Shown piece by piece: positions 28,051-37,670 of a DNA stretch of 64,000 bases (its first letter is position 1; each line of letters opens with the position of its first letter). The stretch comes from a virus. Lineage: Duplodnaviria; Caudoviricetes. The stretch covers positions 1 to 64,000 of IMG/VR virus record IMGVR_UViG_3300010998_000005; one strand, given 5' to 3'. The notes under the pieces were generated by a model. The model saw only the letters and a program-made list of their open reading frames with translations. It was not told where the DNA came from and made no database searches. The position numbers and the translations under genes are program-made.

Positions 28051-28487
28051 AAAGTAAAATCTACGAATTTGACCCAGTGCTTTATCCGTTCCCTATCCAT
28101 GTCACAAAAGACTTTGACAAGGAAGAACTGAAAAGCATCTACAACGGAACGAACAGTGAAGGAGATGAAGTGCCATTGGATATAGATATTCCATCCACGA
28201 CTACGGCAAGAACATTTCAAGCCGTGGAAAAGGAAAGTGGAAATCACTATTACCTTGTCTGCTTGTTAAAGCCCGAAGATATAGGTGCAGGAATTGTGGC
28301 ACACGAAGCCGACCATATTACCAATGCCTATTTGCAGGACTTGGGCTTTTCCTTACCTACACCTTGGAATGATGAACCTCATGCCTATTTCCTTCAATGG
28401 GTGACTGACTGCATTTGGTCTGTCTTGATAAATGAGCCAGAAGAAATGAAAGGAGTATTGCTTGACCAAAAATCAGGGGAACAATGA
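28047..28487 (+). CDS. Putative HExxH metallopeptidase-like protein
   Basis: IVAHEADH followed by DEPHAY. Confidence 0.55.
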   Translation: MKSKIYEFDPVLYPFPIHVTKDFDKEELKSIYNGTNSEGDEVPLDIDIPSTTTARTFQAVEKESGNHYYLVCLLKPEDIGAGIVAHEADHITNAYLQDLGFSLPTPWNDEPHAYFLQWVTDCIWSVLINEPEEMKGVLLDQKSGEQ

Positions 28488-28540
28488 ACACAATTAGACA
28501 ATCAGCGAAAAAATGGTGCAGAACATTAAGGCATTAAAGT

Positions 28541-28678
28541 ATGGCAGCAAAAGCGTGTATTCTTAATTGTAAACATTGGATGTGTGTGGAAAATTACTGC
28601 ATAGTTAGCGGTTGCAAGCCGCCAACGACTTACGACCCTGAAACGTGCCCTTATTTCAAATCAAAGAAGAAATTATGA
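28541..28678 (+). CDS. 45-aa Cys-rich protein, paralog of 133-273
   Basis: Manual translation MAAKACILNCKHWMCVENYCIVSGCKPPTTYDPETCPYFKSKKKL. Confidence 0.65.
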   Translation: MAAKACILNCKHWMCVENYCIVSGCKPPTTYDPETCPYFKSKKKL

Positions 28679-28974
28679 AATGGCGTAAAGTAAAGAAGCA
28701 GTTCAAGAAGGACAAACACAAGTATTTGGGACTAAACCTTGTCGCACAAGATTCGACTGGCATGAATGTGGGCATGGTAGTAAGTGACGTAAAGATTCGT
28801 CCCGCTGGCGGAAAGCAAGTCTATTACGACTTTGAGGCTGAACCGATACAGAGCAAGTTGTGGGTGCCGAGAGAAGAGCCCAAAGGCTATTATTCCAACC
28901 ACGAATTCAGCGCAACCTTTGACATAACTATTGATACACCGACAAAGGATTTGAAGAAATTATTGAATATGTAG
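28675..28974 (+). CDS. Hypothetical protein
   Basis: Probable start MKWRKVKK overlapping the previous stop. Confidence 0.55.
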   Translation: MKWRKVKKQFKKDKHKYLGLNLVAQDSTGMNVGMVVSDVKIRPAGGKQVYYDFEAEPIQSKLWVPREEPKGYYSNHEFSATFDITIDTPTKDLKKLLNM

Positions 28975-29164
28975 ATTTTTATGGAATAAACTTTCTTAAT
29001 AATCCTTAAACAATTTACGAATACCAAATATAAGTAGTATTTTTGCAAAAGAAATAAATAATCAATGTGGCGTGTCCTACTTAAAGCCACAAAGATAACA
29101 ATAGATACTTGCAGGCGTGATGAACGGGTAGTAGGACACCTTAGTAGTCACGCTTGCAAAGTTT

Positions 29165-30049
29165 ATGCAGGTTACAATGAAAAAAAAAAGAACATCTTTT
29201 GTCTTTTATGGCGATTGGTATGATGCCATTTGCGGACTTGATGACAGTACGGCTTTAGAGGTCTGTAAATCCATTATGGCTTACGCCCTTGGAAGAGATG
29301 AGCCAAAACTATCCGACATGGCAAAAGCAATAATGATGCTTATACGACCCCAAATTGATAGAGATACCGAAAAATGGCTTAATACAAGAGAAAAGCGAAG
29401 TATCGCAGGAAAAAAGCATAAAGGAAATCAATATAGTAAAGTGGAACAAATGGAACAAAATGGAACAAATGGAACAAATGTTCCAACAATGGAACAAAAT
29501 GGAACAAATGGAACTGTTAATGTAAATGATAATGTAGATGTAGATGTTAATGATAATGTTGTTACCATAGATGATAACAAACAATTATCTTCATTACATT
29601 CAGATAATATAATATCAACTAAAGTTGATGCGTCATCTTCTCCTGTCTGGGCAGAGAATTTTGTAAAATTCTTTAATAATGCGATAGACAGGAATAATTC
29701 GGTAATAGCAAAAATAAGAATTATTCAAGGGAATAGGGAAAAGCAACTGAAAGCGAGAATAAAGCAATATGGGGAAGAAGCCGTATGTGAGGCTATCACA
29801 AAAGCAACGCAATCTGCTTTCCTTAACGGGCAAAAAGGATTTATAGCAACAATAGACTGGATATTAAAACCAAACAACTTTCCAAAAATCTTAGAAGGTA
29901 ATTATGACAACAGAGAAACAAGCGTATTTAGAACCAATGAATGTGAGCAGATTAATAAGCGGATTGCCTACGGACAGCAGACAACAAGACTTATGCGAGA
30001 GGAAGAAAATGTCCTTAACCTTGCAAACGCGGACAATCCACCGTTTTAA
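29165..30049 (+). CDS. Putative replication initiator (DUF6291-like N-terminus, DnaD/lambda-O-like organisation)
   Basis: SFVFYGDW..; internal iteron-like repeats; C-terminal FLNGQKGFIATIDWILKPNNFPKILEGNY. Confidence 0.75.
   Translation: MQVTMKKKRTSFVFYGDWYDAICGLDDSTALEVCKSIMAYALGRDEPKLSDMAKAIMMLIRPQIDRDTEKWLNTREKRSIAGKKHKGNQYSKVEQMEQNGTNGTNVPTMEQNGTNGTVNVNDNVDVDVNDNVVTIDDNKQLSSLHSDNIISTKVDASSSPVWAENFVKFFNNAIDRNNSVIAKIRIIQGNREKQLKARIKQYGEEAVCEAITKATQSAFLNGQKGFIATIDWILKPNNFPKILEGNYDNRETSVFRTNECEQINKRIAYGQQTTRLMREEENVLNLANADNPPF
29442..29514. repeat. Iteron-like repeats inside the initiator gene (candidate origin)
   Basis: Seven direct TGGAAC(AAA) units plus one inverted TGTTCCA. Confidence 0.75.
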
Positions 30050-30569
30050 GACCAAGGAAGAATTGCTCTTGAAAGCAAACAAAGACTCCGGCTCTTACTT
30101 CGTGCGCAACGAAAGAATTGCGTTTATGGGGGAATATCCCACGCTTACGGATTTAAGGAAAGCATACGGAGAGGGAACAGATGTACAGTGGCTCTTACCG
30201 CAGATAGGCTCTTTGGTAATGTTTACAGGTGCAAAGATGATGGACGAGGAACAACAAAGATACCTTGCAAGGATTATTGCCACCGACTATCATTTCTTGA
30301 AGATTACCGAATTATTGATATTCTTCCATAAGTTTGCAGCAGGGGAATACGGAAAGTTCTACGGCTCGGTAGATGCCCTTACCATAATGGAGGGGTTAAG
30401 GGATTTTATGAACTATCGGATTTACGCCCTGCAAAAGTATGAACAGGAAGAGCAAGAGGAAGAAAGGCAAGAGGAAGAAAAGAAAAACCCTCCCTTGTCT
30501 TTGCAAGAATGGCGAGAGATTAAGGCAATAATCGCAATGTATAATTCCGACTACACAATAGAATACTAA
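30009..30569 (+). CDS. Replication-associated protein (DUF6633-like)
   Basis: Directly after the initiator; FFHKFAAGEYGKFYGSVD motif; probable start MSLTLQ at 30009. Confidence 0.55.
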   Translation: MSLTLQTRTIHRFKTKEELLLKANKDSGSYFVRNERIAFMGEYPTLTDLRKAYGEGTDVQWLLPQIGSLVMFTGAKMMDEEQQRYLARIIATDYHFLKITELLIFFHKFAAGEYGKFYGSVDALTIMEGLRDFMNYRIYALQKYEQEEQEEERQEEEKKNPPLSLQEWREIKAIIAMYNSDYTIEY

Positions 30570-30602
30570 CAAATAATTATTCACAAACAAAAGAAAGAAA
30601 TT

Positions 30603-31035
30603 ATGAAACCAGAAAAAAGCAAAGAAGTTCTTTGTGGACTTCGACAAGGCAATGAGCGACGATGAAACTTTCTTCGCACTATGGAACAAAGACAGTGACA
30701 AGGAAAACACCACCTTGGTTGTTGCACCTAATACGGTGGAAAGCCAAGCGCAGGCAGCAGCCATATTGGCAAAGCGCATTTACGAAGGAATGAACGGTGA
30801 GGGTAACGAAAACGATAAGGTGCTTGCCGATATAATCGTGTTCGCAGTCAAGAAAGCATTTGAATGGCAAGAGGAAGATGATGAAGAAGAATACGATGAA
30901 GATGAAGACTACAAAGAAGAAGAATGTGCCGATTGTTCCGATATGCGCACTTGCAACGAAAAGAAAGCAATAGCATATCGCAAGAAACACCATATACCAA
31001 GACCAAAGAAGAAATCAAACAAAAAAATAAGTTAA
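30603..31035 (+). CDS. Acidic/Cys hypothetical protein with an apparent frameshift at A6 (30613-30618)
   Basis: ATG 30603 with typical leader joins the 30634 frame only if the A-run is 5 long (MKPEKAKKFFVDFDK...). Confidence 0.55.
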
Positions 31036-31039
31036 AATA

Positions 31040-31071
31040 TTTGGTATATTCAAAATAAAATAGTACCTTTG
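31040..31071 (+). promoter_or_regulatory. Promoter upstream of tRNA-Gln/dnaN
   Basis: TTTG-N20-TACCTTTG. Confidence 0.7.
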
Positions 31072-31176
31072 CATTGTACTTATGTGATTACATGATTTTT
31101 TGTTTGATTTAATGGTAGATAATAATTGCTTACACCTACAAGGCTTGTGATAAGTAGTAGTAGGTTTTTCAAAAAT

Positions 31177-31248
31177 TGGCGTATGGTGTAGCGGTAGTCA
31201 CATTTGCCTTTGGAGCAAATAGCCCAAGTTCAAATCTTGGTACGCCAA
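31177..31248 (+). tRNA. trnQ: tRNA-Gln(TTG)
   Basis: TGGCGTA/TACGCCA acceptor; anticodon loop CTTTGGA; T-loop TTCAAAT. Confidence 0.9.
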
Positions 31249-31290
31249 CAAAGTTAAATGTTTAACGAAAACGAAAAAGAAAAAGAAAGT

Positions 31291-32433
31291 ATGAAAATTC
31301 AATTAAACGTAAATGACATCCTTACGCCGCTTGTAAACGCAACAAGCGTGGTAGGCACAAAGAACTCTATCGCAATCCTTTCTTGCGTAATGATTGAGGT
31401 AGGAAAGAACAACACCCTTATAATTACGGCAAGCGATGGCTCGCAATGGGTTTCCACTAAGGCGACAATCATAGAAACGGATATTGCCGAGGGAACAAAG
31501 TTCTGCATCGAAGCAAAGGACTTAAAGCAAGCTCTGTCTAACCTTTCAGGGCGTATCGTAGAACTTAACTTTGATGAAACAGCGCACACGATGACTTGTG
31601 CTTTCGCCAATGGTAAGTTTACGTTGCCATACCTTAGTGCAGATGAATACCCACAAAGCACACCAATAGAGGGTGATGACAAGGTGGAATACATCTTAGA
31701 CGCACCAAAGATTGCAAGAATGATTGCGCAAACCAACTACGCAATGGCTAACGACCCATTGAGAATGGTTATGAACGGTGCGTACTTTGATTTCCATAAG
31801 GATGACCTTTCCATTGTGGCAAGTGACGGACATAAACTCGCACTTTGCCAAGATAAGACCATAAAGAACGAAGATGGCGAGGACAAATCCTTTATCCTTA
31901 TGGCTAAGTCTGCAAGCATCCTATCTACGTTAATAGACAAAGAGGAAGGACAAATCAAGATTGCTTTCAACGGTAATAATGTTTGCATCAACAACCAGAG
32001 CTTCAGACTTACGGCAAAACTCATAGAGGGCAGGTTTCCCAACTATAATGCCGTGATACCAAAGGATAGCGACAAAAGGGTTAAGGTGAACAAGGATGAT
32101 ATACTTAGCGCAATGAAGCGCATACTGCCTATGAGTAGTACAACGACCGAGATTGTAAAGTTTATCTTTTCACCAAACCTGCTTACTTTGTTCTGCGAGG
32201 ATGTAGATTACAGCAAGTCTGCAAGTGAAACAATGCAAAGCGACTACCCTAATCAAGCGGACTTTACCATAGGCTTTAAGGGTAGCGCAGTCGTACAATC
32301 TTTGCAAGCCATAGAGGGTGACGAAGTTGTGATACGAATGACCGAAAGCAGCAGGGCAGCGATATTCACAAGCGCAACAACCGATGAAACGTATTCACAC
32401 ATAGCATTGATAATGCCCATATTGGTAGATTAA
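31291..32433 (+). CDS. dnaN: DNA polymerase III beta sliding clamp homolog
   Basis: About 380 aa; ADEYP, ASDGHKLA, LIEGRFPNYNAVIP, C-terminal LIMPI. Confidence 0.93.
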   Translation: MKIQLNVNDILTPLVNATSVVGTKNSIAILSCVMIEVGKNNTLIITASDGSQWVSTKATIIETDIAEGTKFCIEAKDLKQALSNLSGRIVELNFDETAHTMTCAFANGKFTLPYLSADEYPQSTPIEGDDKVEYILDAPKIARMIAQTNYAMANDPLRMVMNGAYFDFHKDDLSIVASDGHKLALCQDKTIKNEDGEDKSFILMAKSASILSTLIDKEEGQIKIAFNGNNVCINNQSFRLTAKLIEGRFPNYNAVIPKDSDKRVKVNKDDILSAMKRILPMSSTTTEIVKFIFSPNLLTLFCEDVDYSKSASETMQSDYPNQADFTIGFKGSAVVQSLQAIEGDEVVIRMTESSRAAIFTSATTDETYSHIALIMPILVD

Positions 32434-32468
32434 AAGAAAATTCTTTTTCATATAATATATTTTTTTGT

Positions 32469-33408
32469 TTGGTAAGGGGGCGCAAAGGGCAAGATAAGCA
32501 TAATCCCACCTATCTTGTACCACCCCTTACCAATTTTAGGAAAACAAGCGAGGAAGTGAGCGACTACAACAATGACATATACGGTAATGCAAGCGACGGT
32601 TTCCTGCAAAGGAAAGGAAAAGGAAAGTACGATGGGGAACTTTCTATTGATGGTGTGAATATTTCACCTATAATGGGAATATTCTTCGAGGACAATAATA
32701 AAACCTACCTTTGGCTAAAACGTAAACCTTTACTTGAATATGACTTTGAAAGTGGCAGATACAAGGAAAGACCACGTGAACCACGATGGGAAGCATACTT
32801 GGAAAAACAAAGCGATGGGGTGGTAGCCTTTAAGGGCATTTTCGCCTTTCTTCGCTTCAAATACCGCATAGTCGCCATTTGGGATAGGGTCTTGGGAAAA
32901 GACTTGCAAAGAATGAATTTCTACGTGGAAAGATTACCAATGGAACAACAAACAATAATCAACAATATCAATGAACGAAAAAGACAAGATTTCAAGACTG
33001 AACGCCATTGAGTCTTACGCCTCGCAACTTGTGGAATTGGTTTCCGAGGTATGTGATGTTAGCATAGAGGAAATTTTTGCAGAGGAAAAGAGGGTGCATT
33101 GCGTACACGCACGCTGGCTATATTGGTATGCCCTTAGATATATAACAGGAGAGAGTTACGAGATAATCAGCAGACCAAGGTATTTCTGTACACGCAAGTA
33201 CACTTCTAATGCCGTGGGGGTTGGGGTAAAGAACATCGGGGAAATGATGGCACGTGAACCTCTATGGCACAAACGATGGATTTTACTGAAACAAGCAATC
33301 AAGGAAAAAATTTCCGATATAGATATTGTAGAAGATAACACGATAGTTATTAACGTTCCAAAAGGTATGCGAAGCCAGTTTAACGTAGTGATACAAGAAA
33401 AGAAATAA
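32469..33408 (+). other. Two hypothetical genes (32469-33011 start uncertain; 32971-33408 DnaA-C-terminal-like HTH)
   Basis: Second has VSEVCDVSIEEIF...ARWLYWYALR, resembling DnaA domain IV-like HTH proteins. Confidence 0.55.
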
Positions 33409-33425
33409 AAGAAAGGGAAAAATAT

Positions 33426-33824
33426 ATGCTATACGAAGTAGAAATATCTTACACGTCATTAGACGACAAGACTATCAAGGAAAAGTATTTGGTGGAGGCA
33501 GAAGAGTTCTTTGCCAATGTTGAACACTCCATGTATAAGAAGTTCATAACACTTAACGACCTTGATGTTACAAAGATTAAGCGTAGCAACATCAAGGAAG
33601 TGGCTAACAAGCGCAACCTTACAACCGACAAAGTATGGATTGCGCAATTGCAAGATGTGTTTGTAGATGATGAAGGAGTGGAAAAGCCCATCAAATACAA
33701 GATTGCCTTTTTCTCCGAAACCTACGAAAGCGCAAACGACTTTATCATTGAATATTCTAAACAAGGCTATCAAATGTCGCTTGTAAGCATGAAACTCTCT
33801 AACTTTAACGATGTAATACAATAG
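33426..33824 (+). CDS. DUF4494-like Bacteroidetes protein
   Basis: KEKYLVEAEEFF..E...VTKIKRSNIKEV pattern. Confidence 0.6.
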   Translation: MLYEVEISYTSLDDKTIKEKYLVEAEEFFANVEHSMYKKFITLNDLDVTKIKRSNIKEVANKRNLTTDKVWIAQLQDVFVDDEGVEKPIKYKIAFFSETYESANDFIIEYSKQGYQMSLVSMKLSNFNDVIQ

Positions 33825-33828
33825 AATT

Positions 33829-34320
33829 ATGAGCAAGGTATTTGTAGGTGTTGACAATGGTGTAACAGGTACGATTGGAATAGTAGGAGACAATATACAA
33901 CCACAAATATATCATACGCCAATCAAAGTAGAGCAGGACTACACCAAGGCAAAGAAAAATATAAAGCGTTTGGATTGTAGTGCCTTTATGGAAATCTTTA
34001 GCCAATTCAACAAGAACGACATTCATGTGGTATGTGAAAGACCCATGATTAACCCTACACGTTGGAACGCATCTATGTCTGCTATCCGTTGTTGGGAGGC
34101 ACAACTTATAATACTTGAAGTGTTAGGTGTGCCGCACCAATTTATTGATAGCAAGGAATGGCAAAAGGAATTGCTGCCAAAGGGTATCAAGGGTGCTGAC
34201 GAACAGAAGAAAGCAAGTAAGGATATTGGCAAACGCTTGTTCCCACAACTTGCTGACTTTAAGCATACGGACTTTGACGGATTGTTGATTGCGGAATATG
34301 CACGACGTAAAAATTTGTAA
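33829..34320 (+). CDS. RuvC-like Holliday junction resolvase
   Basis: VGVDNGVTG, VVCERP, WQKEL, FDGLLIAEY RNase H-like acidic residues. Confidence 0.8.
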   Translation: MSKVFVGVDNGVTGTIGIVGDNIQPQIYHTPIKVEQDYTKAKKNIKRLDCSAFMEIFSQFNKNDIHVVCERPMINPTRWNASMSAIRCWEAQLIILEVLGVPHQFIDSKEWQKELLPKGIKGADEQKKASKDIGKRLFPQLADFKHTDFDGLLIAEYARRKNL

Positions 34321-34533
34321 ATTATGAAGTACGAAAATTATCCAAGATTATGAACAAAGAAGAATTAGAAAAACTCGCAAAACCGTTAAATGAGTGGTTG
34401 CGAAAGAACGGAAAGAACGGTGGTGCGCACACGCATATCTTTATTTACTCTAATGGTGTGGAAGTTGTTGAATCAAAAATGTTTTTTGCCGTTGATGTTT
34501 CGGACTAATAATTGATTGTAACAAAGAAATAAT

Positions 34534-35154
34534 ATGTTAGACTTACTTTCTACACAAAACCAACTCCACACAAGGCTTGTGGACTTTACCTTGCAAGAAT
34601 ACTTATTCACGCTCCAAGTAGTCTTAGGAGAGAGAATAGAAGTTGCATACGCAAATACTTTTGACACGCAAGAATACAAGCGTAATATTCCATCCGAGGA
34701 TGAAGAAGAATACCTTGCAAGTAAGCGCAAGGATGCCGAAATAATGTTGGAACAACAAAATTGCCGACATCTACGTGAATACCTTGAACAAGAATACCGT
34801 AGCGACATCCAAGAAAAAGCAAGCACGCTAAAGGACTTCAAGTTTACGGGTGCTGAGGTTCAAAGGCTTTTGAATAACCTTTTGCATGAAAGGTCGCAAG
34901 AGCTAAGTGAGGCAAGTGTTAGAGATATTCTTGCACTTATCAAGAGTATGTATGATTCTGGTGCACTTGATTCGGGGGATGCTTTCAGCCAGCATTTTGT
35001 GACCATCCCAAACAAGTACAACACTATTTGCCCTCGATGCTCACGTGAGGGCTATGCGATTGAAGGGCTTGACTTTCGCTGCGAACATTGCGGTTGCATA
35101 GCGAAGTGGGATGAAAGTTCTCGTAGATATTTTCCCGAATTAAATCACCTCTAA
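34534..35154 (+). CDS. Helical protein with a C-terminal Zn ribbon (function unknown; possible terminase small subunit)
   Basis: CPRC...CEHCG; the TerS idea is inference only. Confidence 0.45.
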   Translation: MLDLLSTQNQLHTRLVDFTLQEYLFTLQVVLGERIEVAYANTFDTQEYKRNIPSEDEEEYLASKRKDAEIMLEQQNCRHLREYLEQEYRSDIQEKASTLKDFKFTGAEVQRLLNNLLHERSQELSEASVRDILALIKSMYDSGALDSGDAFSQHFVTIPNKYNTICPRCSREGYAIEGLDFRCEHCGCIAKWDESSRRYFPELNHL

Positions 35155-35312
35155 ACTTTAACGCTTATGGAAACGGATTTTAGAATTGCAGAGAGTAGGT
35201 ATCTTAGAATGTTAGGAGACCCTGACCGTTATAGCGAAGAAGAAAGGTTTGAGATTGAAAGAGAATTTTCAAGACAATCAACCGAAATGATTTTAGCAAG
35301 TTTAATTTTAGA

Positions 35313-35905
35313 ATGTCGCTTATGACACAAGAAGAAAGAATATCTAATTACCACAAACTTTTTGATGGAATAAAGAAAGAAGGGCGTTTCGCAGGGATTA
35401 CTGTATATGATAGCGTTGACCCACAAGATTGTGAAGACTATGCTGGCAACATTATACACGACCATGTTCGATATATGCGAATGTTTTTGAACTTTACCGA
35501 CAATAAAGATAAAGGTCGTGAGTTCATTGACAATATCACGGTAGAAAAATTGCAAGACTGTGGCTTAAACCCTTACGACGGAAAGTTGGATAAAGACTAT
35601 ATGCTTTCGTTGTTGGACGCAACAGGTAAGTTCGATATTAAATTAGAATTTGAAGTAGTAGAATATTAACGCTTATGGAAACCATTTGGCACGACTTACG
35701 AAAGAAGCCAATACCACTTGAATATCTGCTTGTGGAAACACACACAAAGCACTATCCGTATAGGGTGTGTTTATATTTTGAAGATGGAACTTTTAGGGAC
35801 GCTTACAAGACATCTTATTTCTTTCCAAAGTCATGTAAAGTGCCACACCATCGGGATAATGACTTTACAGTTAAGAGGTGGGCTTACATAAAAGATATAA
35901 AATAA
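35313..35905 (+). other. Two hypothetical genes (35313-35669, 35675-35905)
   Basis: Packed ORFs on the coding strand. Confidence 0.5.
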
Positions 35906-35910
35906 CGCTT

Positions 35911-36255
35911 ATGGAAGAAAATATGGTATATTGCCACCGAAACAAATGGCATTGGGGTGAAAGCATAGATATTGTGCGCAAGGACGGTTTGGCTATAATG
36001 TGTGTCAAGTTTGATAAAGACTTTCCAAGTGTGGCTTACTTTTGCGATTTGTCGGTACTTGAAACCGAACGTAGGCAAGGATTAGGCAATGATATGCTTG
36101 ACCACGCTTTTGCCGTTGCAAGGAAATACGGCAAAACCTTTGCACGGTTGTATTGTGACAAGACAAAGATTTGGCTTAAAGAATGGTACGAAAAACGTGG
36201 GTTTAAGATTTTCTCGCAAGATGAACACGATTACGAAATGATAATGGAATTGTAG
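35911..36255 (+). CDS. GNAT-family acetyltransferase
   Basis: LSVLETERRQGLGNDML acetyl-CoA loop; WYEKRGF. Confidence 0.85.
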   Translation: MEENMVYCHRNKWHWGESIDIVRKDGLAIMCVKFDKDFPSVAYFCDLSVLETERRQGLGNDMLDHAFAVARKYGKTFARLYCDKTKIWLKEWYEKRGFKIFSQDEHDYEMIMEL

Positions 36256-36288
36256 ATAGTAACACAATAACGAGGAAACACCCCTATT

Positions 36289-36372
36289 TGTCGTTTTAAG
36301 GCACGTAGGGGCGTTTTCTTGTGCTTGGTGGTATAGTTGACCACACGAACAAAAATAATCGCTTAGAGAGGG
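36289..36372. repeat. Dispersed element variant (copy 5) at the convergence of two transcription units
   Basis: GTCGTTTTAAGGC...GTGGTATAGTTGACCAC...CGCTTAGAG; long imperfect hairpin. Confidence 0.5.
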
Positions 36373-36376
36373 GTTT

Positions 36377-36745
36377 TTAGTTTTGTGGTATCATATATAC
36401 CTTTTCCTCCTCTCCTCCTTGTTCGTTCTTTTTATCCTCGTTAGTCGTTTCCTTCAAGAAATCCGTGTTTGGTGTTGAACTCCCAAAACCACCATAGTTG
36501 AACATTGAACCGAGGATGCCTAAAGCAAACATATCGGCAAGCCCACTGTTTAGTTGAATTTTCGCACCCCACAATAGATTGCATAGCGTACTTAAATGCC
36601 CTTCGGTAGCCATCTTGTCCTTTTGATACTTTTGCTTGTCGAACTCGTCAAGTTTGTAGAACTCTTCCGAATAGCGAAATCTTGTTTTCTCTACAAGGCT
36701 TTCAAGCGTTGCCTTGTATTCTTCTAAAAGTTTTTCTCTTTCCAT
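36377..36745 (-). CDS. Hypothetical protein (crAss001_48-like helical N-terminus)
   Basis: EEFYKLDEFDKQKY..DKMATEGHLSTL. Confidence 0.5.
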   Translation of the reverse strand: MEREKLLEEYKATLESLVEKTRFRYSEEFYKLDEFDKQKYQKDKMATEGHLSTLCNLLWGAKIQLNSGLADMFALGILGSMFNYGGFGSSTPNTDFLKETTNEDKKNEQGGEEEKVYMIPQN

Positions 36746-36787
36746 TTTTTTTGTTTTCTTTGTAAAAGTTATATTTAATAATATTCT

Positions 36788-37174
36788 TTAATAGCAAGGC
36801 AGCGCAACCTCGGTAACAAATTGTCTCATAAGTTCACCCATAGTATAAGCAGACTCTTCCGCATCCAATCCCTCACCATAGAAGCGTATAATAGAACAAG
36901 TTGCATGGTAGAGTTCGTGAGCAACGCTCGACCAAAATTCATCATTGCTTGTTGCCTTGGAAATCATAACAAGCGACATCTTTACTTCGGGGAAAGATAC
37001 GCACATACCCGTATTGGGTGCGGAAAGTATGTTCAACGAGCGACGTGCTTGGATAGGCGACACACCAAAAGACACTATGATTTCAAACAATTCGTCATAT
37101 TCACTTTCAACATCGTAGTTGAAAAGAACTACACAACCCCATTTGCCCGCAAGGTCTAAATACGCTTTTTCCAT
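36788..37174 (-). CDS. Putative HExxH metallopeptidase-like protein
   Basis: VAHELYHA followed by EESAY. Confidence 0.55.
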   Translation of the reverse strand: MEKAYLDLAGKWGCVVLFNYDVESEYDELFEIIVSFGVSPIQARRSLNILSAPNTGMCVSFPEVKMSLVMISKATSNDEFWSSVAHELYHATCSIIRFYGEGLDAEESAYTMGELMRQFVTEVALPCY

Positions 37175-37178
37175 AAGT

Positions 37179-37589
37179 CTATATCATTTCGTTCCAATGA
37201 ATAATGCAACCGCCAACACTACAATCGGCAAGGTAGCGTGCAAACACTTGACCCTCGGAAGCATCAACATCACACAGTGTGTCCTCGATATACTTCGCAA
37301 GATGCTCTTCATCCTCGATAGATGAACCCCAATAGTCTGCTTTAACCATCGCGGCGAGATACAAAGCGTTATATAGGTCATTGCTTTCAATTTCTATCTT
37401 GTGCTTTGTAAGCAACGATTTAAGTTCGTCAAGTGTCATAGGCTTAACCATTTCAAGTTTACCATCGGCACTTTCCCTGCGCATATTCTCAACTGCAAAT
37501 TCGTACAGTTTCTTTGAGAAATTCATTCCATAGTAGGATAGGTAGATTTTCATATCCTCTGGAATATCATATTTCATAAAGTTTGCCAT
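37179..37589 (-). CDS. Conserved hypothetical protein
   Basis: YLSYYGMNFSKKLYEFA, MVKADYWGSSI..E..LAKY. Confidence 0.65.
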   Translation of the reverse strand: MANFMKYDIPEDMKIYLSYYGMNFSKKLYEFAVENMRRESADGKLEMVKPMTLDELKSLLTKHKIEIESNDLYNALYLAAMVKADYWGSSIEDEEHLAKYIEDTLCDVDASEGQVFARYLADCSVGGCIIHWNEMI

Positions 37590-37670
37590 AATATATGTTC
37601 TTTATAATTCTTTACAATTCTTTCAATATTGGAAAGGATTGGCAGTTGCCCACCAATCCAATCCGTGTAG

